From assembly GCA_963745835.1 (NCBI GenBank), contig CAVUZH010000019.1, positions 384,001 to 448,000 on the forward strand: a DNA stretch of 64,000 bases, written 5' to 3'. The DNA is from an uncultured delta proteobacterium. Its GTDB lineage: Bacteria; Desulfobacterota; Binatia; UBA9968. How positions within the stretch are numbered: the first letter of the stretch is position 1; every line of letters begins with the position of its first letter. Position numbers and translations under genes: made by a program. The notes beneath the pieces are model-generated. The model was not told the origin of the DNA. It did not search any database and was given only the letters and a program-made list of their open reading frames with translations. Shown piece by piece: positions 11,031 through 21,434 of the stretch.

Positions 11031-12066
11031 CAGAGATCAGAGGTCAGATGTCAGAGATCAGAAAGATCGACGCGACAGCAGATAACTAAAAAAATCATTC
11101 TTCTTTGCTCTATGCTCGCTGCTCCTTGCTTTGTGCTCTGCAGTCGATGCGCAGCAGCCAACAAAGATCCCACGGATAGGATACCTAAGTACAGTCTCCC
11201 CTGCCGTTAATGCCACTCGGATCGAAGCATTACGTCAGGGGCTGCGCGAGCTTGGATACGTTGAGGGAAAGAACATTCTCATTGAGTGGCGATATGCAGA
11301 GGGGAAAGTAGATCGCCTACCATCGCTTGCCGCGCAACTAGTGCATCTTAAAGTCGACCTCATCGTCACGGCTGCTTCGCCACCAACCCGTGCAGCCAAA
11401 GAATTAACTAGCACGATTCCCATCGTCATGGCATTCGACGATGATCCTGTTGGCTCGGGATTTGTCGCCAGCCTGGCCCGACCTGGAGGAAATATTACGG
11501 GTCTATCCAGTCTTGCGCTGGAGATAGGTGGAAAACAACTCGAGCTTTTGAAGGAGATCATTCCCCGACTCTCGCGCGTGGCCATTCTCGGAACTTCGAC
11601 CGTCCCTCAGTATGCAAATCTGGTAAAAGAGATTGACCTTGCGGCAAAAGCGGTGGGCGTGAAGGTTCAACATCTAGACGTGCTAAACGCCAGTGATATT
11701 GAGAACGCGTTTGGAGCCGCAAGCAAGGCGCTGGCGGGCGCAGTGCTGGTGATTGGGAGTCCCATTCTCAATTCTCACCGAACGCAGATTGTAGTACTCG
11801 CAGCAAAGAGTCGGTTTCCGGCCATATACAGCAGGCCAGAATACGTACAAGACGGCGGGCTTCTGTATTACGGCACCAGCTTCCCAGACTTATTCCACCG
11901 CGCCGCCACTTACGTGGACAAAATCTTGAAAGGCGCCAAACCCGGTGATCTCCCAGTTGAGCAGCCCACGAAATTCGAGCTGGTCATCAATTTGAAAAAC
12001 GCGAAGCAAATCGGCCTCACAATTCCGCCGCAGGTGCTGGCGCGGGCTGATCGAGTGATTCGATGA
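11027..12066 (+). CDS. ABC_sub_bind SBP, leader/signal peptide frame-disrupted
   Basis: Mature part intact in ORF 11131..12066; ATGA-coupled leader stops early. Confidence 0.82.
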
Positions 12067-12079
12067 AAGTAGTCGGTCA

Positions 12080-13081
12080 GTGTCAGTAGTCTCTAAAAAC
12101 GTACTTTGTTTAACGCTCAGCGCTTTGCTCATTGGGCTTTGCACGTCCGTGGGAGCGCACCAGGCGAAGAAAGTTCCGAGGCTTGGTTATATATCGGCAA
12201 CCGATCGCGCTACCGATGTCAGCCGCGCCCAAGCAATTCGCACGGGACTCCGCGATCTTGGTTATATAGAAGGACAGAACATTACGATCGAGTACCGCTA
12301 TGCCGAGGGAAAGCGCAATCGATATTCTGACCTTTTAGCCGACCTAGTTCATCTAAAGTTAGACGTCATTATAGTAGCCGGCGGAGACCCGCTGATTCGC
12401 GCGGCCATGAAGGTAACCACCACCATTCCCATCGTTATGACGGGTGGCGGCGCTGACCCGGTCGAGGCTGGGTTGGTTGAAAGCCTTGCTCATCCTGGCG
12501 GTAACGCCACCGGCATTACAAACGTCTCCACTGAATTAGGTGGGAAGCGGCTGGAACTGCTCAAAGAAATCGTGCCCAAACTCTCTCGTGTCGCGGTTCT
12601 TTATGATCCTGCACTTCCGGCCGGCGTAATCGACATGAAAGAGAATCTCCCAGCCGCGGCCCGGCAACTGAAACTAACTCTTCTCGCTTGGCAAATAGGA
12701 AGTGAGGAGGATTTCGAAAGAGCATTCGCTGGCGTGAACAAGGACCGTCCGGATGGACTCTACGTCCTCGGCGGCGCGCTTATTCGTGCTAAACGAAATC
12801 TTATTGCCCGCTTTGCGTTAAACAGCCGGTTGCCATCGACGTATTTCCAAAAAGAACCGGTAGATGCGGGCGGGCTCATGCACTACGGGGTGGACATGGA
12901 AGCTAGCTACCGGCGCGTCGCTTATTTCGTAGATAGGATTCTCAAAGGCGCTAAGCCAGCCGAATTACCGGTCGAACAGCCGACAAAGTTCGAGTTAATG
13001 ATCAATCTGAAAACCGCCAAGCAGATCGGCCTGACGATTCCCCAGAACGTGCTGGCGCGGGCGGACAAAGTCATAAAGTGA
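12080..13081 (+). CDS. ABC_sub_bind SBP
   Basis: Intact ORF, motifs, tail; leader resembles that at 4389. Confidence 0.93.
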   Translation: MSVVSKNVLCLTLSALLIGLCTSVGAHQAKKVPRLGYISATDRATDVSRAQAIRTGLRDLGYIEGQNITIEYRYAEGKRNRYSDLLADLVHLKLDVIIVAGGDPLIRAAMKVTTTIPIVMTGGGADPVEAGLVESLAHPGGNATGITNVSTELGGKRLELLKEIVPKLSRVAVLYDPALPAGVIDMKENLPAAARQLKLTLLAWQIGSEEDFERAFAGVNKDRPDGLYVLGGALIRAKRNLIARFALNSRLPSTYFQKEPVDAGGLMHYGVDMEASYRRVAYFVDRILKGAKPAELPVEQPTKFELMINLKTAKQIGLTIPQNVLARADKVIK

Positions 13082-14091
13082 AGGTCCTAAGGAGCAAGCG
13101 GTCATTCGTCAGCCGAAGCGTGATCGGGCCGGCTCTTGCCGTCCTACTCTTTGCGATGTGCTCCTCGATTGAGGCGCAGGAGCCAACAAAAATCCCTCGC
13201 ATAGGATTTCTCATTGCCACGACACCCTCCGCCATTTCGGCGCGCCTGGACGCATTCCGACACGGTCTGCGTGAGCTTGGCTATGTCGAGGGAAAAGGAA
13301 TCGCAATCGAGTACCGATGGGCGGAGGGGAAAGTCAATCGGATGCCGGAGCTTGCGGCCGAACTAACGCGACTCAAGGTCGACCTCATCTTCTCAACCGG
13401 TCCGCGATCGACCCATGCCGCAAAGAAAGCAACTTCTACAATTCCCATCGTCATGGGGTTTGACAATGACCCGGTTGGCAATGGATTCATCGCCAGCCTG
13501 GCGCGGCCTGGTGGTAACATCACTGGTTTGTCGATCCTTGCCCCTGAAATTAGTGGAAAGCAATTGGAGCTTTTGAAGGAAATCCTTCCGGGACTTTCTC
13601 GCGTGGTGGTTTTAGGGACTTCAACGCAGCCCGGCAACACGCAAGCATTAAAGGAGGTGGAAGTCGCCGCAGGCACGCTCGGAGTGAAGCTTCGCTTCAT
13701 CGACATATTAGATCCAAAGGATATTGGAACCGCATTGGCAACGGCGGGCAAGGAGCGCGCTAACGCAGTCCTCGTGCTCAACAGCCCGGTCTTTAATTCT
13801 CAACGAACATACATTGCAGACCTCGCAGTAAAGAACCGGCTACCGACGACATACTGGGCGACAGAATTTGCCGAGGCCGGCGGTCTCATGACCTACAGCG
13901 TGAGCTTTACCGATTTATTCCGGCGCTCCGCAACGTACGTTGACAAAATTCTCAAAGGCGCGAAGCCCGCCGACTTGCCAGTCGAACAACCAACCAAATT
14001 TGAGCTGATCATCAATTTGAAAACTGCCAAGCAGATCGGATTAACAATACCTCCGAACGTGTTGGCGAGAGCGGATCGAGTCATTCGATGA
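13078..14091 (+). CDS. ABC_sub_bind SBP
   Basis: GTGA-coupled start, IEAQ signal site, motifs, tail. Confidence 0.95.
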   Translation: MKVLRSKRSFVSRSVIGPALAVLLFAMCSSIEAQEPTKIPRIGFLIATTPSAISARLDAFRHGLRELGYVEGKGIAIEYRWAEGKVNRMPELAAELTRLKVDLIFSTGPRSTHAAKKATSTIPIVMGFDNDPVGNGFIASLARPGGNITGLSILAPEISGKQLELLKEILPGLSRVVVLGTSTQPGNTQALKEVEVAAGTLGVKLRFIDILDPKDIGTALATAGKERANAVLVLNSPVFNSQRTYIADLAVKNRLPTTYWATEFAEAGGLMTYSVSFTDLFRRSATYVDKILKGAKPADLPVEQPTKFELIINLKTAKQIGLTIPPNVLARADRVIR

Positions 14092-14181
14092 CCGAACAAT
14101 CCGAAATCCAAAATCTCAAATCTAAAATCGTACGGCGATCCCGCAGAAGTGCTGGCGCGAGCGGATAGAGTGATCAGGTGA
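14092..14181 (+). repeat. Empty unit: heptamer spacer + orphan tail
   Basis: ccgaacaatccgaaatccaaaatctcaaatctaaaatcg..IPAEVLARADRVIR*. Confidence 0.85.
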
Positions 14182-14890
14182 CAGCAAGCACTGCAGCGAT
14201 GGAGATAAGAAGAAAGCAACTGCGGGGTCTCGTTATATTTTTGCTCTTGCTCCCGGGTTGCAGCCAGGCTGCCGGGCCGGCAACATTGTTTCCTTACCGC
14301 GCTCGACGGTTGGAACAAAATACCGTCCATTGTTGTCTTAGGGCAGGAAGGAGACTCGAGAAATCAGTTGGTGAGCTGACGCGGTCGATTTCTGGAATCA
14401 ACAGCTCACCGAGATCGGCAGTGGATTTAGATTGGGGCCGGTTAAGTTTGTAAGCGAAATCCTGCCAGCCACCGAACTTGCGGCGTTGAGTCAGGCTATG
14501 CTCGATGGGCAAAGGGCACTGGTCGGTCCGCCATCAGGTTTTATGCAGATGAAGGGAGATTTGATCATAGCGTTGTCTGACGGGGCTTTTGTTTCCTTCG
14601 CAATGTCTTTCCAAAACACCGACAAACGTCTCATCGCTATCCGTAGCTTTCATACCGCGCCGTTCCGGTTCACCAATGTCGGTCGCAACCTCATGGCCCA
14701 CGAGTTGGGCCATGCGATAGGACTCGGGCACAACGACGACCGGAGTAAGCTCATGTGCGGTAGACCCGCGCCTTGTCGGCCGGACGCCTTTCGTTCCGAC
14801 GCGGAGCGGTTTTTTCCTCTGATGGAAGAAGAAAAACAATCTCTACTAAAGCTTTATCCGCCGACGTGGAAGGACGTGCACACAGATTAG
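14178..14890 (+). pseudogene. Matrixin-like zinc metalloprotease (possible lipoprotein), frameshifted
   Basis: HELGHAIGLGH (HExxHxxGxxH) plus Met-turn-like KLMC in ORF 14432..14890; LLLLPGC lipobox-like motif in ORF 14178..14453. Confidence 0.7.
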
Positions 14891-14914
14891 AGTGGCAACG
14901 AAGAACAGACTGCC

Positions 14915-15203
14915 GCAGAGATTTTGTTGTCAGCGGTGGTTTGATGTTCTACGGTGCCGATCGTTTGAACCGTTGAGGCGGGTCGCCGCTTGGTAGACAA
15001 AATGTTGAAGGGCTGTCCCGTGCGACAACTACAAGCGTGTTGCATATTACGTCGACAAGATCGTCAAAGGCGCCAAATCGTCTGAACTGCCCGTGGAACA
15101 GCCGACGAAATTCGAGCTGGTGATCAATCTCAAGACGGCGAAGCAACGGGCTCACGATTCCGCCGAATGTGCTGGCGCGGGCGACAGAGTGATGCGAAGT
15201 AAC
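14915..15203 (+). pseudogene. Decayed SBP 3' end following the metalloprotease
   Basis: DFVVSGGLMFYGAD...[42 protein letters not shown]. Confidence 0.8.
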
Positions 15204-15243
15204 ATTTTGAATTTTCGAATTGCGGATTTTGGATTAAGCCGGG

Positions 15244-16299
15244 ATGAAGAAACCGATGAACGCTTTGCGGGATCGGAAGTGTCTTTCCGACAATCGGAAA
15301 TCGGCAATCCAAAATCTAAAATTGCTGGAGTTTCTTACAATCCTTGCATTGCTTGTCGGGTGGGCAGGAACGGCTCAAGCGCAGCAGCCGGGAAAAGCCC
15401 CGCGCATAGGATTTCTCATTACTTCCTCACCTGCAGCAATTGCGCCACGCATGGATGCATTCCTGCAGGGTCTGCGTGAACTCGGCTACGTGGAGGGGAA
15501 AAACATTGTCATTGAGCGGCGACATGCAGAGGGAAAATTTGATCGGCTACCCGCGCTCGCGGCTGAACTAGTGCATCTTAAGGTAGACGTCATCGTCAGC
15601 AGCTGGTCCAACAGCAACGCGTCCGGCTAAAGAGAGCAACTTCTACAATTCCGATTGTCATGACGTTCGATGATGACCCGGTCGGTAGCGGCTTCGTCGC
15701 CAGTCTGGCGCGACCCGGAGGGAACATCACCGGATTGTCGACCCTTTCCCCGGAGATAAGCGGAAAACAATTGGAGCTTCTGAAAGAGATTGTTCCAGGC
15801 TCAGCCGAGTGGCTGTCATCGGGACTTCAACCAGACAGGGCACCGCACAAGCTTTAAAGGAAATGGAAGTCGCCGCAGGCGGCGTTCGGAGTGAAGCTTC
15901 AATACCTGGATATACAGATCCCAAGGATATTGAGAGCTGTATTCCGAGCGGCGAGCAAGGAGCGCGCTGACGCAGTCCTCGTGCTGCAGAGTCCCGGTTT
16001 TTAATTCTCAGCGAGCACAGATTGCAGACCTCGCGGTAAAGAACCGGCTCCGGCGATATACCCGAGGCGACAGAATTTGTCGAGGACGGCGGACTAATGA
16101 GCTACGGCGTGAACTTCAGCGACTTGGACCGGCGCGCCGCTACGTATGTGGATAAAATTCTGAAAGGCGCGAAGCCCGCCGATCTGCCAGTCGAGCAGCC
16201 GACGAAGTTCGAGCTGGTGATCAATCTGAAAACGCCAAGCAGATCGGATTAACGATTCCGCCGAACGTGTTGGCTAGAGCAGATCGAGTCATTCGCTGA
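15244..16299 (+). pseudogene. SBP with many single-base indels
   Basis: ORFs 15244..15630, 15660..15857 and downstream pieces; very similar to 13078..14091. Confidence 0.82.
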
Positions 16300-16388
16300 C
16301 CGAACAATCCGAAATCCAAAATCGCAAATCCAAAATGGATGAGATTCCGCCGCACGTGCTAGCGGGAGCGGACAGGGTGATTCGGTAG
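16300..16388 (+). repeat. Empty unit: heptamer spacer + orphan tail
   Basis: ccgaacaatccgaaatccaaaatcgcaaatccaaaat..IPPHVLAGADRVIR*. Confidence 0.85.
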
Positions 16389-16392
16389 AGAA

Positions 16393-17382
16393 ATGATAAG
16401 GGGCAACAAAATACTCAAGTTTCTTCCCTTTGTTCTGCTTGTCGCGCTTTCCTCGTATGCGGACGCTCAGCAGTCAACGAAAACATCGCGACGGATAGGT
16501 TACCTAGGCGGTGGATCGGTCGAACTCGAAAAAGTCTGGCTAGATGCTTTTTTACAAGGACTGCAGGAATTAGGGTATTTCGAAGGCAAGAACATCATCG
16601 TCGAGCGACGCTACGCGGATGGACGGTACGAACAACTGCCGGCCCTCGCGGCGGAACTCATCCGTCTTAAAATAGACGTCATCCTTGCCGCAAGCACGCC
16701 GGTAGCGGATAGCGTCAAGAAGACGACTAACTCAATTCCCATCGTAATGGTCGTCGCAGATCCGATCGGTACGGGGCTCGTTGCCAGTCTAGCGCGGCCG
16801 GGAGGGAATATAACCGGCCTCTCGGATTTTCACGCGAATTTAGTGACGAAGCGTTTGGAATTGCTCAAAGAGGTTGTCACGTCATTGTCTCGCGTCGCTG
16901 TTCTCTCGAATCCGGCGAGCCCCACATGCTCGACACAATTGAAAGACCTCAACACAGCCGGACCGGCGCTGGGCCTTACGCTCGTTGCCATAGAGGCGAC
17001 AAATCCGGAAGATCTCCCTAACAGTTTTTCTAGAATAAAAAAGGAACGGGTCGGAGCGGTCTTTGTTTGTGGCGACCGGATGTTCAACACTCACCGAAGG
17101 CAAATTTTCGAGCTCGTGAACAAAAATCAGTTGCCGGCAATTTATTCAACTAAGGAATATGCGGATAGCGGCGGCCTGATGTCTTATGGTGCGAACTTTC
17201 CTGAGTTGTATCGCCGTGCCGCGACATACGTGGACAAGATTCTAAAAGGCGCCAAGCCCGCCGAGCTTCCCGTGGAGCAACCGACGAAGTTCGAGTTGGT
17301 GATCAATCTTAATACGGCCAAGCAGATCGGGTTAACAATACCTCCCAACGTGCTGGCCCGGGCGGATAAAGTAATCAAATAG
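16393..17382 (+). CDS. ABC_sub_bind SBP
   Basis: Intact ORF, ADAQQ signal site, motifs, tail. Confidence 0.95.
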   Translation: MIRGNKILKFLPFVLLVALSSYADAQQSTKTSRRIGYLGGGSVELEKVWLDAFLQGLQELGYFEGKNIIVERRYADGRYEQLPALAAELIRLKIDVILAASTPVADSVKKTTNSIPIVMVVADPIGTGLVASLARPGGNITGLSDFHANLVTKRLELLKEVVTSLSRVAVLSNPASPTCSTQLKDLNTAGPALGLTLVAIEATNPEDLPNSFSRIKKERVGAVFVCGDRMFNTHRRQIFELVNKNQLPAIYSTKEYADSGGLMSYGANFPELYRRAATYVDKILKGAKPAELPVEQPTKFELVINLNTAKQIGLTIPPNVLARADKVIK

Positions 17383-17426
17383 CATTTTCGATTTTAGATT
17401 TTGGATTGAATGCCGGAGACAAACCC

Positions 17427-18458
17427 ATGAAAGCACTTCCTTCGAAGTCCTCTTCGCAAATTTCAAAATCCAAAATCGAAAATCCAAAATGCCGGGTGCT
17501 TTCGCTCAGTGCTTTGGCGCTCGTGGCGGTTAGCACTTTGGTCTCGGCGCAGCAGCCGAAAAAGATGCCGCGGGTCGGCTACCTGAGCGCGTCCTCGGCT
17601 TCCGAAGCATTGGTGCGCACAAACGCCTTCCGTCAGGGGCTCCGCGACCTCGGCTATGTTGAAGGAAAGAACCTTATTGTCGAGTTGCGCTACGCCGACG
17701 GAAAATTCGACCGGCTTCCCACGCTTGCTGCCGAGCTCGTGCGGCTCCCGGTAGACGTCATCGTCAGCGCGGGTCCTTCCGTGACCAGCCCTGCCAAGAA
17801 AGCGACTACCGATATCCCGATCGTCATGACGAACGACAGCGATCCCGTCGGCAGCGGGTTCGTTACCAGCCTCGCGCGCCCCGGCCGAAACGTAACCGGC
17901 CTCTCCAACCTCGCTCGGGAGTTAAGCGGTAAGCGAGTCGAGATTTTAAAAGAGCTCCTTCCCCAGCTAACTCGCGTAGCTATTCTCGGGGCCATCGCCA
18001 TTCCCGGAAACACACAAGCAACCAAGGAGACCGAAGAAGCCGCAGCAGGTTTGCAGCTGCAGACAGAGTATTTTGACCTACGCGACTCAAAGGATATCGA
18101 CCTTGCATTCCGCGCAGCGAGCAAATGGCGCGCCGACGCAGCCGTGGTGCTGAACGGTCCACCCCATATTCAACGACTCATTCCCGCCGCTGCAGCGAAG
18201 ATTCGGCTGCCCGCCATCTATTCCAATTTGTCCATGATGGAAGACTCCGGCCTGATGAGCTACGGCACGAACCTCACCGACCTCGACCGCCGCGCCGCCG
18301 CATACGTCGACAAAATCCTCAAAGGCGCCAAGCCCGGCGATCTGCCAGTCGAACAACCAACCAAGTTCGAGCTGGTGATCAATCTCAAAGCAGCGAAGCA
18401 AATCGGTCTCACCATTCCGCCGCACGTGCTGGCCCGGGCCGATAGGGTGATCAAGTGA
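17427..18458 (+). CDS. ABC_sub_bind SBP
   Basis: GGAG SD before ATG 17427 inside heptamer hairpin loop; motifs, tail. Confidence 0.93.
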   Translation: MKALPSKSSSQISKSKIENPKCRVLSLSALALVAVSTLVSAQQPKKMPRVGYLSASSASEALVRTNAFRQGLRDLGYVEGKNLIVELRYADGKFDRLPTLAAELVRLPVDVIVSAGPSVTSPAKKATTDIPIVMTNDSDPVGSGFVTSLARPGRNVTGLSNLARELSGKRVEILKELLPQLTRVAILGAIAIPGNTQATKETEEAAAGLQLQTEYFDLRDSKDIDLAFRAASKWRADAAVVLNGPPHIQRLIPAAAAKIRLPAIYSNLSMMEDSGLMSYGTNLTDLDRRAAAYVDKILKGAKPGDLPVEQPTKFELVINLKAAKQIGLTIPPHVLARADRVIK

Positions 18459-19444
18459 GAATGGCGGAACCAGTCATCCGAGTGGGTGTCGCTATGCTGC
18501 TCCTAGCTACCATTGCGATTAGCGAGGCGCAGCAGAGATCTGGAAAGATCGCTCATATCGGTTTTCTCGGGATCGATCGGTCTGCGTCCACCGTGACCCG
18601 AGAGAAAGCCTTCCTTCAAGGACTTCGCGAACTCGGTTGGATCGAAGGGCAGAACCTTATAATCGAGCGCAAGTATTGGGAGAATCGATCCGAGCGACTA
18701 CCGGCCCTCGCTGATGAATTAGTTCGTCAAAAATTAAATATAATAGTGACGACTAGCGGAACGGCGGCGTGGGCCGTGAAGAAGGTCACAAATATCATCC
18801 CTATCGTTATGGTTACGTCAGCGGACGCGGTAACTCAGGGGCTGGTCGCCAGCCTAGCGCGGCCGGGCGGGAACGTCACCGGGTTAACCAATATCTCTAC
18901 GGATGTGATCGGGAAGCAACTCGAAGTCCTCAAAGAAGCTTTCCCGAAAGTCTCACGGGTGGCTGTTCTGTACTGTCCTGCATCAGGAGGACTGATAGCC
19001 GAAAACCGATGGAGTGAAATAGAAGCCGCAGCCCGAACCCTAAAACTTCGCCTCCAGCCCATAGAGGTAAGCGGCCCCGGAGAGATCGATCCTGCACTTC
19101 GAGCGGCGACTTCCGAAGGTGCTGATGCTATTTTCGTACACGACTGCTCGGTGATCCCAACGAAGGCTGTAGACCTAATAGCCAAGACCAGACTACCGGC
19201 AATATATCCTACCAGCCGATTTGCGGAAGCAGGTGCTCTGATGGTCTACGGACCCAGTGGGACGGAATTAGCACGGAGAGCTGCGTACTTTGTGGATAAA
19301 ATTCTCAAAGGCGCCAAACCTGCCGAGCTTCCGGTGGAGCAGCCGACGAAGTTCGAGTTGGTCATTAATCTGAAAACGGCCAAGCAAATCGGTGTGACGA
19401 TCCCACCGAATGTATTGGCGCGAGCGGATAAGGTGATTAGATAA
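18455..19444 (+). CDS. ABC_sub_bind SBP
   Basis: GTGA-coupled, SEAQQ signal site, motifs, tail. Confidence 0.95.
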   Translation: MRMAEPVIRVGVAMLLLATIAISEAQQRSGKIAHIGFLGIDRSASTVTREKAFLQGLRELGWIEGQNLIIERKYWENRSERLPALADELVRQKLNIIVTTSGTAAWAVKKVTNIIPIVMVTSADAVTQGLVASLARPGGNVTGLTNISTDVIGKQLEVLKEAFPKVSRVAVLYCPASGGLIAENRWSEIEAAARTLKLRLQPIEVSGPGEIDPALRAATSEGADAIFVHDCSVIPTKAVDLIAKTRLPAIYPTSRFAEAGALMVYGPSGTELARRAAYFVDKILKGAKPAELPVEQPTKFELVINLKTAKQIGVTIPPNVLARADKVIR

Positions 19445-19489
19445 CTCTGAGCACGAGCTAACAACTACAGAATCCTCTTACCTCGTGCA

Positions 19490-19525
19490 TTGACTTAGTT
19501 CACTTGCTAGTTTAAAAAAGAACTA
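19490..19525 (+). promoter_or_regulatory. Putative TA promoter/operator
   Basis: TTGACT-N17-TAAAAA directly before ATG (leaderless-like); inverted repeat TAGTTC..GAACTA overlaps it. Confidence 0.5.
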
Positions 19526-19770
19526 TGATCAAGCTCAACGTTCATGAAGCCAAAACTCATCTCTCACGTTATTTAGAAAGACTCGCGCGGGGAGAAACGA
19601 TTCTCCTATGCAAGCGCAACATACCGATTGCGGAAATTCGCCCGCTGCCGCGACAGCGCAATACCAAACGTCCGATCGGCCTGGCGAAAGGGAAGTTCAA
19701 GGTTCCACGTAAGTTTTTTGAACCTCTGCCCGCGGAACTGGTGGACGCATTTGACGGCAAAAAGCCGTGA
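19525..19770 (+). CDS. Phd/YefM-family antitoxin
   Basis: N-terminal NVHEAKTHLSRYLERLARGETI..KRNIPIAEI; C-terminal RPIGLAKGKF..FFEPLP. Confidence 0.9.
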   Translation: MIKLNVHEAKTHLSRYLERLARGETILLCKRNIPIAEIRPLPRQRNTKRPIGLAKGKFKVPRKFFEPLPAELVDAFDGKKP

Positions 19771-20153
19771 GGATTCTACTAGACACCGTCACATTCTTGT
19801 GGGCCGTGACGGATGCTCCTGAGCTCTCCAACGACGCGCGGGAGTTGTTCGAAGATCCCGACAATGAGATCTATCTGAGTTCGGTTTCTACTTGGGAGAT
19901 CGCCGTTAAGTATTCTCTCGGCAAGCTGCCGCTTCCCGAGACGCCGGCAAAATTTGTCCCAATACAGCGAAAGCAGCACGACATCGATTCCCTTCCACTG
20001 GATGAAGAAGCGACTCTGTATCTGACACGGCTTCCGCTTCTTCATAGAGATCCGTTTGACCGGATGATCGTGTGCCAGGCAGTTGTGCAGCATCTCGTGA
20101 TACTGACTCCCGATGAGCTGATCAGCCAGTATTCGGTGCGGACGATCTGGTAA
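19767..20153 (+). CDS. vapC: VapC-like PIN-domain toxin
   Basis: LLDT..FLW, SSVSTWEIAVK..LGKL, HRDPFDRMIVCQA, LTPD; overlaps antitoxin by GTGA. Confidence 0.9.
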   Translation: MRILLDTVTFLWAVTDAPELSNDARELFEDPDNEIYLSSVSTWEIAVKYSLGKLPLPETPAKFVPIQRKQHDIDSLPLDEEATLYLTRLPLLHRDPFDRMIVCQAVVQHLVILTPDELISQYSVRTIW

Positions 20154-20186
20154 GAGTGATCACCGCCGCGCAGCGTACTTCGTTGA

Positions 20187-20450
20187 CCCCTTTGAGAATC
20201 TTATCCACGAACACCGCTGATCGACGGCACGTATCTACGATGTTCGCGGCATAAGAAAGCACCCCACCAGACTGCGCAAACTGCTGTCCACCAGCGATAG
20301 TCGGCGGACTTACGCCCCTAACAATGCGGGCCAAAGCGGGGGAGCTTCCGATTCAACTGGCCGACGAAATTTGATTTCGTCGGCAATCTCAAACTGCTAA
20401 GCAGATCGCTCGACTATACCGCCGCACGAGCCGACAGGGTGATCAAGTGA
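20187..20450. pseudogene. SBP 3' remnant with internal inversion
   Basis: Minus strand [39 protein letters not shown] (~20310-20187); plus strand decayed AK.GELP..PTKFDFV.NLK..ADRVIK* (~20328-20450). Confidence 0.75.
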
Positions 20451-21434
20451 GATTGAATCAGAGAATCATTCAGTTCGGTCTAGCTGCTATGTTTTGGTCG
20501 CTTAGCTTTTCCGCCGAGGCGCAGCAGCCGAAGAAAGTCCCGCGGATAGGTTATATGTCATTAAGCTCTGGCTTTGGGGCCAGCGATGAAGCGTTTCGAG
20601 AGGGCTTACGACAGCTCGGTTACATTGAGGGACACAACATAGTGGTTGATGGCGCTTTGTAGACGGCAAATCTGAACAATATGATTTTTTCGCCGCTGAG
20701 TTCGTTCGCCTTAAAGTTGATGGCATTGTAACGGCCAGTGGGTGATGAACCGATCATTGCTGCCATGAACGCTACCAAAACAATCCCGATTATCATTCCG
20801 ACTGGCTCTGATCCACTTGTTCGCGGCTTCGTCGCTAGTCTCACGCATCCCAATGGCAACGTCACGGGCGTCAGCTATATGCTCCATGAATTAAAAAGGA
20901 AGCGCCTGGAACTGCTCAAAGAAATAGTACCCAGGCTCTCGCGCGTGGCCGTCCTCGGCAATTCAACTAACGTAGGCAACGCGCAGCAGTTAAAAGAGAC
21001 GGAACGAGCCGCAGGAGTATTCGGGATGCAGCTTCAATCGTTGGACGCAGTAGACGCTAGGGGATGTTGAATCTGCGTTCGCAGCTGCGCGCAAGCTGCG
21101 GGCTGACGCACTGGTTGTACTTCGGGGTCCTCTGCTTAATGTTGAGCGAACAAAGATAATTGAACTCGCAGGAAAGAGTCGGCTGCCGGCTACATACCCT
21201 CAGAGCAGATATGTGGAAGAGGGCGGGCTTATGAGCTACGGGGTGAGCGTTGCCGCATTAGAGCGGCGCGCGGCCACGTATGTAGACAAGATCTTAAAAG
21301 GCGCAAAGCCGGCGGATCTCCCTGTGGAGCAGCCGACCACCTTTGAGCTTTTCATCAACTTGAAGACAGCGAAGCAGATCGGAGTCGCGATACCGGCGAG
21401 CGTGCTGGCGAGGGCTGATCGGGTGATCAAGTGA
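20447..21434 (+). pseudogene. SBP with two frameshifts
   Basis: ORFs 20447..20662, 20738..21070, 21213..21434. Confidence 0.82.
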
